Source: a virus. Taken from it: a stretch of 64,000 nt of DNA. Positions 47,101 to 56,600 of the stretch are shown piece by piece (the first letter of the stretch is position 1; each line of letters begins with the position of its first letter). The stretch is from positions 6,738 to 70,737 of IMG/VR virus record IMGVR_UViG_3300030328_003618, one strand, 5' to 3'. The translations under genes were made by a program, and so were the position numbers. The notes below the pieces were generated by a model. That model made no database searches. It was not told where the DNA came from and saw only the letters and a list, made by a program, of their open reading frames with translations.

Positions 47101-48534
47101 TATATCATCTCTGTTTTTTGTTTTATCACGTATTACATCATCTGCAACAAGATTAAACAAACTTTCATTTCCAATATTTCTTTCGCCAGGGTACGCTCTT
47201 AGTTTCATACCAGCCATACCACCACCGATAATACCACCAAGTATACCAGCAAATACGCTATTAGTAAAAGTGCTTTTAGAGTCTTTACCATCAGTAAAAA
47301 AACCACCAAAAGAATCAGATTCTAAATCAAAAACTTCTTTACCAAATTTTCCTTTCCCTTCCGTAGCTTTTTCATCAGCAAAGATTTCATCATACATTTG
47401 TTTAGCACCTTCCTCAATATATGTTTGAGAAAACTCTTGACCAAACTCTATTGCAGCACCTTCAAACAAATCTATACCTCTTAATGCTTTAGTATAATTA
47501 GGTAAGAAAGAATCCATTAATTGTTTAGGAGACTTTCTAGCCGCACCTTTAAATGTTTTTTTAGAAGCAGCTTTTACTATTTGTTTCTGAATACTTCTTG
47601 CTGGTATTTTACCAATCCATTCTAATGCCGCACCTTCTGTTAAAGAAACTAAAGAAGCAACTCCTAATGAAAATCTTGCAGCACTAGTAGGGTCTAAGCC
47701 TGCTTCTCTTGCTTCATCTTGAACCATGTTATACATCATGGTTGTACCACCAATAAAACTTCCCATACGGGCAGAGTTTTTAATTGATTTTTCAGAAAGT
47801 TTTTTAATTTTATTTAGGTTAAGCCTCATGCTTTTTTCTACAGCATCATCAACTTTACCAACTATTCCTTCATTAAACTTTGGTGTCTTTTTTACTACTT
47901 TACCAGTTTTACTTTTATTAAATATGTTTTTAACTGCATCATCAATAGCATATCTAGCTTTAGCACCAGCTTTATAGGCATCACTTGTTCCTTCAATAAG
48001 TTTTTCACCTCTTGCTATTGCTCTGCTACCTTTTGAAAGCATTTGACCTGCTTTAGCAAACTTGGCAATACCCGCAACAAATCCAATTCCATTTCCTAAT
48101 CCAGCCCAAAAATGAGAAGATGTAATATCTCCAAATTCTTTTATTGGTTTATAGTAATCATCTGAATATATGTATTCAAAATTTTCTGATACTTTGTTAA
48201 CGTTTTCAATCCAATCATTTGCAAACTCTGTTTCATGTATTGCATTAGAAATTGTAGGTAATAGATTAAATGCACCTTCTACTGTACCAACAACAAAGCT
48301 ATTCCAAAAACCAGATGCAGCATCATATAACGCTCCTTGGTCAAACTCTACATCGGTATCAATTTCTTTTTGTTGCCTTATACCAGGATTATAAGGGTCT
48401 ATTGTTTCTTGTATATTACTAAGATTTTTAGATACGTTATCTAAATTAAAATTTTGATCTAAATTAGATAATGCTTCCTTGTGTAGTTCAGGATTAAATT
48501 GTCTTTCGTTTTCAGAAGTTGGGTTTTCTGGCAT
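38116..48534 (-). CDS. giant virion-packaged RNA polymerase (crAss-like) polyvalent protein
   Basis: 3472 aa; GVRVP...SDADHDGDK (DxDxD, 40903-40917); HEFAH zincin; ART-like insert; position typical of crAss-like vRNAP. Confidence 0.8.
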   Translation of the reverse strand: MPENPTSENERQFNPELHKEALSNLDQNFNLDNVSKNLSNIQETIDPYNPGIRQQKEIDTDVEFDQGALYDAASGFWNSFVVGTVEGAFNLLPTISNAIHETEFANDWIENVNKVSENFEYIYSDDYYKPIKEFGDITSSHFWAGLGNGIGFVAGIAKFAKAGQMLSKGSRAIARGEKLIEGTSDAYKAGAKARYAIDDAVKNIFNKSKTGKVVKKTPKFNEGIVGKVDDAVEKSMRLNLNKIKKLSEKSIKNSARMGSFIGGTTMMYNMVQDEAREAGLDPTSAARFSLGVASLVSLTEGAALEWIGKIPARSIQKQIVKAASKKTFKGAARKSPKQLMDSFLPNYTKALRGIDLFEGAAIEFGQEFSQTYIEEGAKQMYDEIFADEKATEGKGKFGKEVFDLESDSFGGFFTDGKDSKSTFTNSVFAGILGGIIGGGMAGMKLRAYPGERNIGNESLFNLVADDVIRDKTKNRDDIKLALDKALKKKQITQSDYKVTGEIIDEMAEFVDQQKVVSAINDPVAQYQLFNLNRAFKNIQSKIVTDEEVREKSGDIIDAQVEESVKLNQEKNSLFKTLIDAIRVNYSEILELRKPETLNANEFSDKVLAYQAIAEKIVGGAITTQEDLNQEIDKVYKTDFKEKVSKAKKEGRLAGEITEEEYQEFKEGNVSQERVNYLASKIIDEQDFTEREQEMADALKTEVEEAKEKMLKEKEKEKKEEKPKEKKTEKTETFDAFKYREGLKSLTAEELAQEKENLENKENKDSNKKEKLSAIEMQEFSNELKNPTKEKKEEGKKEEKKESKPTEETKEPTTYRTNTSLKQAINDKSITEDDIRETYNQALSDIKNKKNRRSASVIKNEIEKRAEKDERFSNAIKPKKDEKTEGSKETDKDSKEETKPEAKQEEKIEEVEVEEIKPTTKETTDIVKIEKETSVEVLREYDNAEINAIAKNSNNEAVEGLGQLISKDVKEVEGGKAEQEVYQYGVIQRITSEDGSKIQRVTDHYGKVYGIPIINLTMDAKEAGFFFDGKKEFSLTQKQITDFFNSKFGKPKTEEDVVEETKEDVGDSNLTGDNTVSGDETPSTINQQDKLDEKKNQKNQKEAEDRKDQIKSFRRKKGKEKKQRKGILSKAAESQKIADNLQLYQKIKEHFKKMFPMIPVSTVDILFDKYGVEILGKVSQEGITISNEAFQSTLAHEFAHVYIDLIADKKIVSLALDWIKGTKFFTNAQKAYSNDTVQTQAMEALVQAMSENAIPKLEEKLSKNQITKWLSIAKKLWRTIKRMFTGYSPSNYIDYLSDSLVFNSKPIMVETSYLEGIEKYERKALDTTDANFNNEFLLNYIKKFTINALFFRDTSFQAQNILGDIKEIFSEELAEGDAQTNKLNYKYNLLKEENNKFDGVNFNDLSYLDQTEILLNETIYEDGITYKQHINNVVEYLVHLPTEQIDEIEINKSIKENEKSESEKGKIEKEAIKGSKKMITSVNALLARLINSQGQMIHNDEAYAYLTNAAMKSSTTEELMSRIAEDSKKGNNEVPLALYNTLLALQEYDEQFGTDSLQTVLHQSLSNQSIPQKAILIKKDKEGLKEIQIRDVSQSNKRKSRTLNLKLRLTSAPFLASPIVGTEEDQGKKKSIAELLKQLINRKERSMYGFGFTDKLLRFELNEVNRLGNVLFDVNGEFHVEEYTNWLINDEQNLNKKNDKGKLTKRAKALQDIANEIDVKKRQNLSIKFFMSDILNTAAEQLTKDKNPENKRYKGKFAEDKGRVNTLMNFASQMYDGSIQNANMFINSSGNTVSTIRFGSALNRIFADISNRGRFAKEKNNSKVKTKDGDVYLFRDNPVFNSIYQTGIFKWAIDDAVNYFGDSVKEHSALSGIDLFISQFMFFSNDQDRSRYYQKVMINDRSHSNYIQVDRLDNDAIKNRLNEQRRVDQYHLNQGYKKLKNEEQKKKYLEEWNKLSYNFAYDVDGEVVVKSFDPIYLKAETDEKLDSQLEKNNLSEIEKKGIKKKVSAIKKETSILKKVLTKVGLLDTVQKDHVGKDGKYKTIDEMILSYVLNERVNRLAINDILSEPVATRLIKKGKVDKSNILKRNSGFDSTGLRVDLSDKKTMTVVYEMNDKDGNPISDSFLWRSKGMTEAIQKQLGDKQLDPISYNSKDGEYMINNKGENIYHKNSSVNYFGDEENNNIVEMAKAMMGDNYEESNFYRIAKMLEMLEEKYGDTHYIQIIDKDAIKGSKADIKAMKVEELYNAVSENDFDKIKNSKYEYVSQNFYIPFNENKEAKELNRQFAKLSTQGVKIWTNNSDQENALNESKQLEEKIIEYIWEQMGLEEGEDNYLNSREFDKLFNTEEILNELLKKVDDLQDPDTSELLKDIIKYNKKEGKILDRARRNKKRLEAIENRTPEQQEDLDEAQSVLDNKKTINKIDHPAMTPQLKQVILSRLQSKGLDVRVPGAYLKMVPDMDNRLKENEIILPYSMFGQGEEAKKQAEKFLKEQNEKGGLFVPGVRVPASDAISTINARVVGFIEGDANIAILPHSFTIKSDADHDGDKVFIYKPDVRVKDGKTVINENSKANEIYKIINRLSQSQDYKQRIEDGTINLDEFEKFVEEIDEELKQGETEGEADVKEGVDEIFKQTPELAEIGTERQYSAYLNSVFPNNKIFYKGAKKGLSKFNYSESLQKERGNKFGSGIYLTSNEEYANQFAQKNDGKKYTVLVDNSNVVSFKNKVAFLQAISKTTVPTAEQIDEYVKNLQKENKILYIEKSGVTDELVIGNENQYQILGSKEDVQAFKDFVSKKTSKKTEGLPSKFDFASSSEMSATDARMSFGETAVGILAVAGKLNSALYQANTRFREETEITIDGVTYNLNGVGVNEYDKTSNDLAMLLQGALDMASNPILLRSGIDGRNINVVVAMLIGGIPLKTVIKFINKKEVKSYYTQDQFENNAYTEKANKNKFEKTLSKEIEKQKEDSEERNNLETLQYFSQLSQELNAVTSIVQLDGDLPNDGYLLRDLKKVFNTIKSEESKTKLNYNNYSQKPFVRHYEKLVDAAIGLMSHHFITENQNYYKEIEAIQNSRNYSDVREYDPSVEKRRVDDLFSLMISQNLLDESQIADILENGVTTIIEDLKDTVLESIEYSYKQITGDATVTDYVNEKIETIKGKAKTTARNNYSLLFKYLKEDINIDGAKTNLGAYIENVLTENENDIEKVNQFLQKNTELEIGKGPKKNLKKLVDTVKDYKDFKEIKSIESLETNEKANNKFIKLLQLRNVVDPITDVSESVLSGKQDIRFLTSTQKQIAKRDFEKLSYQEQNRFLAYQLFKYGLSNKLGSIISIMPNSYTLEYLKEISNIKSRGEKEKKVYDLKQFRLAQSYNDLNYPIKKYKKNVFLEEEGKSLYAFIENKYGPPNAIKGADGVRFTIEGDENLYQFKKVEGTGRSEVIKIKSFAAERKLDYIVFNNEETVNLEDAEDLKKRCKIIKN

Positions 48535-48567
48535 TTTCTTTTTTTTTGTATAAACAAATATAATATC

Positions 48568-50178
48568 TTATTGATAACCGTATTTAGATAAACTATAATT
48601 TACTAACTCTTCAGCTTCTTGCTGTGTATATGGTTGATTAGTATTAGGATTAATTTGCCTTATAGTATTAGATACCATTTGTTGAAATATTTGTTCGTTG
48701 TTTATCATATCTCCTTGATTGGTATTTCCTGGCTCATAAGCTTGAACATTAGTACCTATGTTTCTAAATTTAGCATGTTCAGCAGCAAACCCTTTATCTT
48801 TTACTAAATTTTCAACGTTAATGTAAACATAACCAGTATATCCAGGTATTTCTTCAATTTCTGTTTTTTCATCATCATTAATAAAAGGTCTATATTTTAC
48901 GCCTTCTTGCCAGTTTCTTCTGTTGTACGTATCTTTAAAATTGTATTGGTCAGCAATAGCTTCTGGATAAAAAACTTTAGCTTTTATAAAAGATTCTACA
49001 TTTCCGTTGTCTGGATTTGTTAAAGCTAATTTCTGTATTAAATTAACGGTAGCACCTCTTAAATCATACTTTCCTTTATTATCTTCTACATCATCTTCAC
49101 TTCTGTTTCCATAATGCATATCATAAACTTTTGGATTAGTATTATTTAACCATTCTGTAAAAAATTTAGTATCACGTGGAGTCATTGGCTTTGCAGCACC
49201 TAAAGCATTAGGACTTGCGTTTGGTCCTTCGGTTGGCATCATTTCGCCAGGTTGTTGTTTTAATTTATCATATGTAGTTCCTAAAGTATTTGTAATTTGT
49301 GTTTTGCTTGAACCTTTACCTTTACCTTTTCCTCTACTTTGATTGTATTGTATTTTTGATTTAAGAAATTCTAAATCATATGGATTCATAGCATTCCATT
49401 TCATAGCTGTTTCTGGACTTCCAGCATGTTGCTTTCCATATTTATTAGCCATTTCATTAGCTTGTTCCTCGCTAGTTCCAGTTGAAATTAAATAATCGTA
49501 TACATTTTTTTCTGTAACAATGTTATCTGCTGACCAAGGCTTTAAAGGGTCTTTAAAGTTCTTTTTAAAGAACTGTGGATTTATACTCCCTTTCTTTTCA
49601 ATCATACCTACTTGTATTCTATCTAACAAACCTCTTTTACGCAAAGCCATTTGTTCTTCCATACTTAGTCTTTTTCTTTCCCTAACTATTTCACCATCTT
49701 TCATTTTAGGATTTCCTTTGCTATCAAATACGGGAACATCAATTTCTGCTTTACCTACAAACATATCCTTTTGTTTAGCATCAATATACTGTGCGTATTG
49801 AGCTTTATTAGATACAGCGTTCTTCATTTCGCTAGAAGTTAAGATACTTCTTTTATACTCTCCTAAATCAGTTAAGCCACCAGAAGAAACATATTTTTTT
49901 AAATCACCATTAAACTTAGTAATTCCTTTTATAATATTCATTCTTGCTCTTTGCTCAACTTCTTCAAGTGCTTTTTGGTCTTCTGGCAAAACATCAAACT
50001 GCGCCATTAAATCTAATTGCTCTTGTATACCAGCTTCGGCTTGCATTTGAGCAGCTAACTGTTTTTCAGAACGTTGCTCCATTCGTTCTAACATCATTAA
50101 GTTAGAAGCCTTGTCTTGACGTTTTTGAGCCCAATTATCTGTTCCTGATAATGCAGCGTATAATCCGAAATCTCCCAT
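48568..50178 (-). CDS. putative ejected cargo protein
   Basis: 536 aa, helical; located between the tail and vRNAP genes. Confidence 0.65.
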   Translation of the reverse strand: MGDFGLYAALSGTDNWAQKRQDKASNLMMLERMEQRSEKQLAAQMQAEAGIQEQLDLMAQFDVLPEDQKALEEVEQRARMNIIKGITKFNGDLKKYVSSGGLTDLGEYKRSILTSSEMKNAVSNKAQYAQYIDAKQKDMFVGKAEIDVPVFDSKGNPKMKDGEIVRERKRLSMEEQMALRKRGLLDRIQVGMIEKKGSINPQFFKKNFKDPLKPWSADNIVTEKNVYDYLISTGTSEEQANEMANKYGKQHAGSPETAMKWNAMNPYDLEFLKSKIQYNQSRGKGKGKGSSKTQITNTLGTTYDKLKQQPGEMMPTEGPNASPNALGAAKPMTPRDTKFFTEWLNNTNPKVYDMHYGNRSEDDVEDNKGKYDLRGATVNLIQKLALTNPDNGNVESFIKAKVFYPEAIADQYNFKDTYNRRNWQEGVKYRPFINDDEKTEIEEIPGYTGYVYINVENLVKDKGFAAEHAKFRNIGTNVQAYEPGNTNQGDMINNEQIFQQMVSNTIRQINPNTNQPYTQQEAEELVNYSLSKYGYQ

Positions 50179-50189
50179 TGTATCTTATT

Positions 50190-52841
50190 TTATTGATTGT
50201 TAGCTTTATTTAATTCATCTTCTATCTTTGCTTTTCTATCCTTTAAAGTATCTGTTGCTTTATCTACTTGAAATTGTTGAGCCATTTTTAAAGCATGAGT
50301 ATTATATTGCTTTCCTTTTAGCATCTCTCTTGATAATTCATCATATATACTTCCTTTTCCGTATTGCTTTTCAAACATTGAACGCTCATGTATGTTTTTC
50401 ATTTTATCACGAACAAGTTGAGCACCCATTTCTTTGTTCAACATAGCAACTTTAAAGCTATCTTCAAATTTTCTTCTATTTAAAGTTTCATCAGCACTTG
50501 CCGCTCTATCAAACCTTTGTTGATTCATTCTACGAACTCCCGAATCTTCTGCAGCTATTTGAGCATATCTATTCTGTAAAGTTCCAGCAGCCCTACCTAA
50601 GTTTCCTAAAGCAACACCCGAAGAACCACCAGACAACCTTCTAATGTTTTTTACGTCATAACCAAATCCACGTTCAGCTAATTGTTTACGTAATCCCATC
50701 TCTTTACCAGTAAGCCCCATGTTTCTTTGCCTATATGCTTCGTCTGTATAAGCATTAAACATTGCTCCTTTCTGATACTCTGGCACTTCTTCCATAGCTC
50801 CTTTAAGACCTATCATTCCCATGCCAATATCTCCTGCTGTAGCAATTAAATTACCGTATTTATCTCCACTATCTAACATAGATAAATCAGGCGTAAACTC
50901 TTCTAATTTTTTAGCGTTGTTTAACTGTTTATCTATTTCAGCTAATTGTTCGTTTAAATAGTCTTTGTCTATATAGTCATCACCTTCTGTATCATAATCT
51001 ACATCTGTTTCAGCCATATCATTAGGGTCTGGCTGTTTTGTGTTATCAATTGTAATTTCTTGATTTACAATTTTGCTTGTGTCAGAAGTTCCAGTATCTG
51101 CAGTAGCTTTTTTATCTAACTCAGTTTGTTGTAAACTTAAATCATAGTCTTTAAAAGAATCTAACTCTTTTATTTTATTAAATTCTTTTTCAAGGTTTGC
51201 AAAATCTTGAAAGCGTTCTCTTTGTTGAGGACTTCTGTAATCATCGCCAGCTTTAACAGAAACACCTCTTCCTGCATAACCTCCAATAGGTACGTTTTTT
51301 CTGATTTCTTTAACTTTTTCAGCAAAGTTGTTTTGAGCATTTTCTATTGAAGCTAATTTAGATTCTGTTGCTTTTACTTGTTCCCTAAGCTTTTTTTGAT
51401 CTTCGGGTTTAGCTGTTAAAATTTCAGAATTTAATTTATTTAATTTATTTTCAGCAAAGACTTTTGCGTTTTCGATGTTTTGTTCTATAAATGGTATTCT
51501 AGCTTTATTTTCATAAACCTCTCCTATAACATCATGGTCTTTATCTTCTTGATATAAATCGTTTTCTGATTGTTCAAATATTTGCCTTGCCTTTTCAACA
51601 GACTCTTTAGTTACACCTTCTTTTTTAATTATATTTTCAATTTCATCAGTGTATAATCTAGTCTTGTCTTTTATATTAGAAGTTTGAACAGAACCGTCTT
51701 CACCTATTTTTATTTTTTTATATGAATTAGATATTCTTTTTTCTTCAACAGTTTTTGTATCTCCTTTTTTAAGAACATTAACTGCTTTACGTTCACTAGC
51801 AACAACATATTGATTATCTCCAATAGTAACAACATTAATACTTTCTTTAAAAGGATATTGAGATTTATTATAAGTGCCAAGCAATCTATCTCTTTCGTCT
51901 CCGTCTTTATTTGTTGTTTTTAAATAAGCCACCCATTTTTTATCATCAGTAGAACTTCTTATGTCAAAGTTAGGTTCAGCATCTAAATTAGTTTTATTGC
52001 TACCTGAAATATAAGTAGATGGGTCTATATGAGTTTCTAATTGTGTACCTACATCTCCCGTAAATACTCTATATTTAATGTGAGGACCTGTACCAGAACC
52101 AGAACCTACTCCGTATCCACCTAAATCATCACCTCTTTTTACTCTCTTCCCGATTATGTTTTTTTGTTCTTCAGGAGTCATAGCATCTAAGTGCATATAT
52201 TGCGACCTCGTACCATCATCGTTTTTAATTATAAGATAATAACCACCCGATTGTTCTTTGTCTGTACCTACTAACGTTGGAGAACCATCTAAAGAAGCTA
52301 CTTCTACAACACCATCTGTTAAAGATATAACCCTGTCATTATCAGTAGTCATATCTATTCCTTTAGAATGTTGTCCTTCTCTATTTTTAAAATCTTTACC
52401 TCTTACACCGTAACCATCTGTAATATTTATAGTCCTATCTCCTATAGTAACTTTTTGTTGTTTTTTTAAAGTTTTTCCTTTTGCCATATTCGTAGACTTA
52501 AAAATTTCATATTTATTTTTATCAGGCTCTTCTTTAAATGTATAAATTTTACCCGTTTCTTTATTTCTATAAGCTTTGTATCCAGCTTTTATATCACCTT
52601 CAATAGCCATTTTAAATGTAGGGTGATTTTCTTTTTTTAATATCTCTCCCGTTTGAGGATTTCTACTAAAAGCGTGATAAGCACCATCAGTTTCTTTAGG
52701 TTGAGAATAATCAAACTCTTCTGGTTTTCCTAAAGCCTCCCAATAACCCCTTAAATTATAAGTTTCTTCATTTGTATTTTTTATATTATCAGGAAGAGTT
52801 TCTTTAAACTTTTTAAACTTAATATCATCACTATTTGGCAT
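50190..52841 (-). CDS. cargo protein with degenerate M23 peptidase domain
   Basis: HSKGID...GGYYLII...YMHLD...VKRGD.LG..G.SG.GTGPHIKY...IDP. Confidence 0.7.
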   Translation of the reverse strand: MPNSDDIKFKKFKETLPDNIKNTNEETYNLRGYWEALGKPEEFDYSQPKETDGAYHAFSRNPQTGEILKKENHPTFKMAIEGDIKAGYKAYRNKETGKIYTFKEEPDKNKYEIFKSTNMAKGKTLKKQQKVTIGDRTINITDGYGVRGKDFKNREGQHSKGIDMTTDNDRVISLTDGVVEVASLDGSPTLVGTDKEQSGGYYLIIKNDDGTRSQYMHLDAMTPEEQKNIIGKRVKRGDDLGGYGVGSGSGTGPHIKYRVFTGDVGTQLETHIDPSTYISGSNKTNLDAEPNFDIRSSTDDKKWVAYLKTTNKDGDERDRLLGTYNKSQYPFKESINVVTIGDNQYVVASERKAVNVLKKGDTKTVEEKRISNSYKKIKIGEDGSVQTSNIKDKTRLYTDEIENIIKKEGVTKESVEKARQIFEQSENDLYQEDKDHDVIGEVYENKARIPFIEQNIENAKVFAENKLNKLNSEILTAKPEDQKKLREQVKATESKLASIENAQNNFAEKVKEIRKNVPIGGYAGRGVSVKAGDDYRSPQQRERFQDFANLEKEFNKIKELDSFKDYDLSLQQTELDKKATADTGTSDTSKIVNQEITIDNTKQPDPNDMAETDVDYDTEGDDYIDKDYLNEQLAEIDKQLNNAKKLEEFTPDLSMLDSGDKYGNLIATAGDIGMGMIGLKGAMEEVPEYQKGAMFNAYTDEAYRQRNMGLTGKEMGLRKQLAERGFGYDVKNIRRLSGGSSGVALGNLGRAAGTLQNRYAQIAAEDSGVRRMNQQRFDRAASADETLNRRKFEDSFKVAMLNKEMGAQLVRDKMKNIHERSMFEKQYGKGSIYDELSREMLKGKQYNTHALKMAQQFQVDKATDTLKDRKAKIEDELNKANNQ

Positions 52842-52843
52842 GG

Positions 52844-53644
52844 CTATAATAAATTAAATTGTGGGTCTTTAGCAGTTTTAGTTAAATACTTTCTAGCTTC
52901 TTTTTCTGATTCTAAGGTAACGTTTCTATTAGCGGCAATTAAATCTAAACCAGCACTAGCGGCATCACCAACCAAAGGTATTTTATCTAACAAATTAGAA
53001 GCTTGTCCTAATCTTTCTTGACGTTTTGCTTCTTTTCTAGCTTTTACACCTTCGGGAGTTAAATCTAATTCTTCTCCTTCATTATTTTTATAAATCTTTC
53101 TTCCCGAACTATCTATAAAATATTCTCTATCTTCCTTACCTACAGATTTAATTAATTCTGAATCAGATTTATTACCTATAATACTATTAACATCAGAATC
53201 AGATTTATCTCTAGCAACTCTTGTACTCTGTTCTTCTAACACTTTAGTTAAATTATTTCCAGCAGTGCTTGTAGCTATATCTTTACCTCCACCAATTCCA
53301 CCTCCTTCAATCATATTTCCAGCATTACTTCCTCCACCAATACCACCCAATCCTACAACAGCTTTAGCAGTTTCAAAACCAAATTTTGCTTTAGCCATTT
53401 GTGCGGCAGCATATTCATCGTCTGTTTCTTTAAATACTTCTGCAGTGTCAGTACCTTTTGCTAAACTTTTTGAAATACCTCTTGATAAACCACCTGGCAA
53501 TCCTGTTTTACCCCACCAGTTTTTTTCTCCCGTATCTTTATATCCCATTACAGCTAAGGCAGTTTTTTTCCAACCATCAACCTTATCCATCCCAACAAAT
53601 CTTTCTTGCCTAGCTAGTTCTCTATTATCTTCAAATATTGCCAT
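52844..53644 (-). CDS. Gly-rich putative ejection protein
   Basis: Gly-rich stretches; context. Confidence 0.55.
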   Translation of the reverse strand: MAIFEDNRELARQERFVGMDKVDGWKKTALAVMGYKDTGEKNWWGKTGLPGGLSRGISKSLAKGTDTAEVFKETDDEYAAAQMAKAKFGFETAKAVVGLGGIGGGSNAGNMIEGGGIGGGKDIATSTAGNNLTKVLEEQSTRVARDKSDSDVNSIIGNKSDSELIKSVGKEDREYFIDSSGRKIYKNNEGEELDLTPEGVKARKEAKRQERLGQASNLLDKIPLVGDAASAGLDLIAANRNVTLESEKEARKYLTKTAKDPQFNLL

Positions 53645-53646
53645 AA

Positions 53647-56600
53647 TTATTTCCTATTAGAAAGTCTATAATGATTTATTAAGTTATCAATTTTAATTGG
53701 ATACTCTGTGTTATTACTAAATTCAAAAATCATAGATAACCATCTACCTCTCATACGGTCTGGTTGAGTTTCTGTTCTAACTGGAAGTCTAAGGTTATCT
53801 TCTAAGAACCTAACTCTTCCATCTTGGTTTACGTCATAAAAACGTTTCTGTTCTTCTGTGGAAAAAATAAAATTATTTAACTTTTCTGAACCTTGCTTAT
53901 TTACAGCTAATCTTACACTATCAAATATTTTTGCAAACTCTCCATTATCACTTACAGTAACTCTTAAACTTGTTTTCCAATTTTGACCGTAATAGTTAGC
54001 GTGTAACAAATTTTTACCATGTACAAAAAATTGCTTACTAACTACATCTGCTTGTTCTGTAATTAAGAACTTGTTGTGAGAGATGTAGAAATTAGGTTTA
54101 AAGCTATGAAATTGTGTAAACGATTGTATGTATTCAGAATAAACAACAGTTGCTCTAAATGGCGTTATTTTGCTTTTATCAGCTAATAAAGTATATGACC
54201 AATCATCAGAAGATGAATTTCTGTAAAACAAATAGTTTTGACCAGCTCCAATTTGAGCCAAAGGAGTAACAACATTGTTTTTTACTTGGTTAACAAACAT
54301 TAAGTTTGAACCAGTTTTTAAGGAAACATATTGTAATACATTGTAATTGTTGCCTACTGTGTTTGCTTCTACGGGAAGAATAATACCGTTATTTACTGTG
54401 CTTGCACCAGTCCAATGAACAAATACTGTTTCGTTATTTGAATAATGATTAACCGAATCAATTATATCTGATGTTACTACAAGGTTTGCTCCTGTGCTTA
54501 TATATTCATCTCTATTAAAAGTCCAAAGTACATCTCTATCTTTTGAGTTCCATGCACCAGAAATACCTTCACCAAAAGCAGGATTATCTTTGTTTAAGAA
54601 ATATTTTGATTCTCTTTCAAAGAAAGAATGCATACCTCGTTGATCTGACAAGTAGTTTAATCCATCTTGTGCAAATCGCATTGCTTTACCATTGAAAACG
54701 TCTATCCAATAAAACGCTTTTCCAGTATTTACTAACGACCATTGGTTTTGATTACCTACTGATGTAGATATGTAATCAATACCATCTAATGCTGGACCGA
54801 CACCCGTTGTTAAAGATTGTGTTGTTTCACTTTCTAATGCTGCTCTATCAAAGGCTCTTAGTCTACCAAAAGCTTTTTCTTGTAATGAATATATTTGATT
54901 AAACAAAAAAGTTGAACTTGTAATCGGACCATGCACTCCCATTAAATCTTCAAAAGAGTTTACTTCAAAACTTCTCCAAGTATCAATAGTATCACCGTAA
55001 AACTTATTCTTTGTATGCCTCCATCTTACTGGGTATTGATTTATATTTTGAAAACCAATAGGTACAGAAGCAAAAAACGAAGTTAATTCACTAAATGTTA
55101 AAACATCGTTGTAATTAAATTCTTCAATTAAACTTCCGTTGCTGTTGTCAAACAAACCATTAGGAAAAGCATTATCTTGACCGTCTTGAGTTCGCCCAGG
55201 TCTTGCTCCAACATCTGTATACATTGGGTTTAATATAGAGGCGGCTTGTCTTAAACTATAATTATTTACACTTTCTAAAGGAAACACTACTCCATAAGAA
55301 ACATCGGTGTTATAATTATTTCCATTAATCCTTCCATAAACTCTTAAAAACCCTACAAAATCTAAATAACAATCACCACCATAAACTTCAATTTGATTGT
55401 AAGTATCATTATTAGGAGTGCCAAATGTAATGTTGTTTACTGGCTGAAAATGACCTGTTGAATAAAAAACAGTTTGCTCTAAAGAACTTTGTGTTAAGCC
55501 TCCGTATGCGTTATTAGGTAATTGGTTTTGATTGTTTCTTGTATAATTACATATTAAAGCACCAGCTTGTGTGTTGTGTGCAAACGTAGAGTTATTTGTT
55601 CCATCATAAGCAAAACATGAACTTGTTGCGTTATTTGGTAGCCAATTTCCATGTTTGTAAAAAATAGAGTTTTTAGCAGAACCATAATACTCGTCATTTG
55701 TATTTCCAAAATTTTCTTCGCTATCTGCATAAGCGGGAGTTTTAAAAAAAACTAAATTTTTAAAAGTTAAACCAGTTTCATAATCTGGTATTGTTTGACC
55801 TTTAGCTATATTTAATTGATAACTTATTGTTGCGTAATTACCATATTGAGGTCTTATATTGCTAGTTATAGAATCATGACTAGTATTATAGCTTCTATAC
55901 CATTTACTTATAACACATGGAGAGTTTACGTTGTTTGTTCCATTAGAATATGTTTGAGCAGCGTTATTATAATAAGAACCATTGTTGCTTATGCTACCAC
56001 CAACATAACAAGAACCAACAATTTTTAATCTATCAGAAGATTGTACTGTTGGTATAGTTGTAGGGTCAAAATCATTATCTGGCGCGTGTAATATTGTTTG
56101 ATTAGGTCTTGTTTTGTATTTATCATTACCGTTATTGCTATATGAACAACCATATAATAACCCATTAGTTACCCCAGTAGTATTGTCATACCTTTGATGT
56201 CCTACAGGGTGAGGTCTTGATTCACCTCCTATAGCTACATTGTTTACAACTGGTAATACAAAACCTTGATGTAATATTGTTTTATGTCTATCTGTTCTTA
56301 CTATTGAAAATCCACTTATCTTATCTTTAATTCCAGTAATATTAATACCTCCTACCTCAATACCCATTATTCTTAATTGACAATAATTGGTATTATTATA
56401 AGTGTTGTTATTTAATATAGATGTTACATTTAAATTTGCATTGTAATAATCGTTAGTTGTTGAAGCTGGATATGATAAACTACCACTTCCGTTAACAACC
56501 GTTCCATCTAATTTTAACCTTCTCCAATTATAATCAGTATCATGTTGTTCTGGAAATTGAAAATCAGCTAAATGAAAAGCAAAATATGGATTACCTATCT

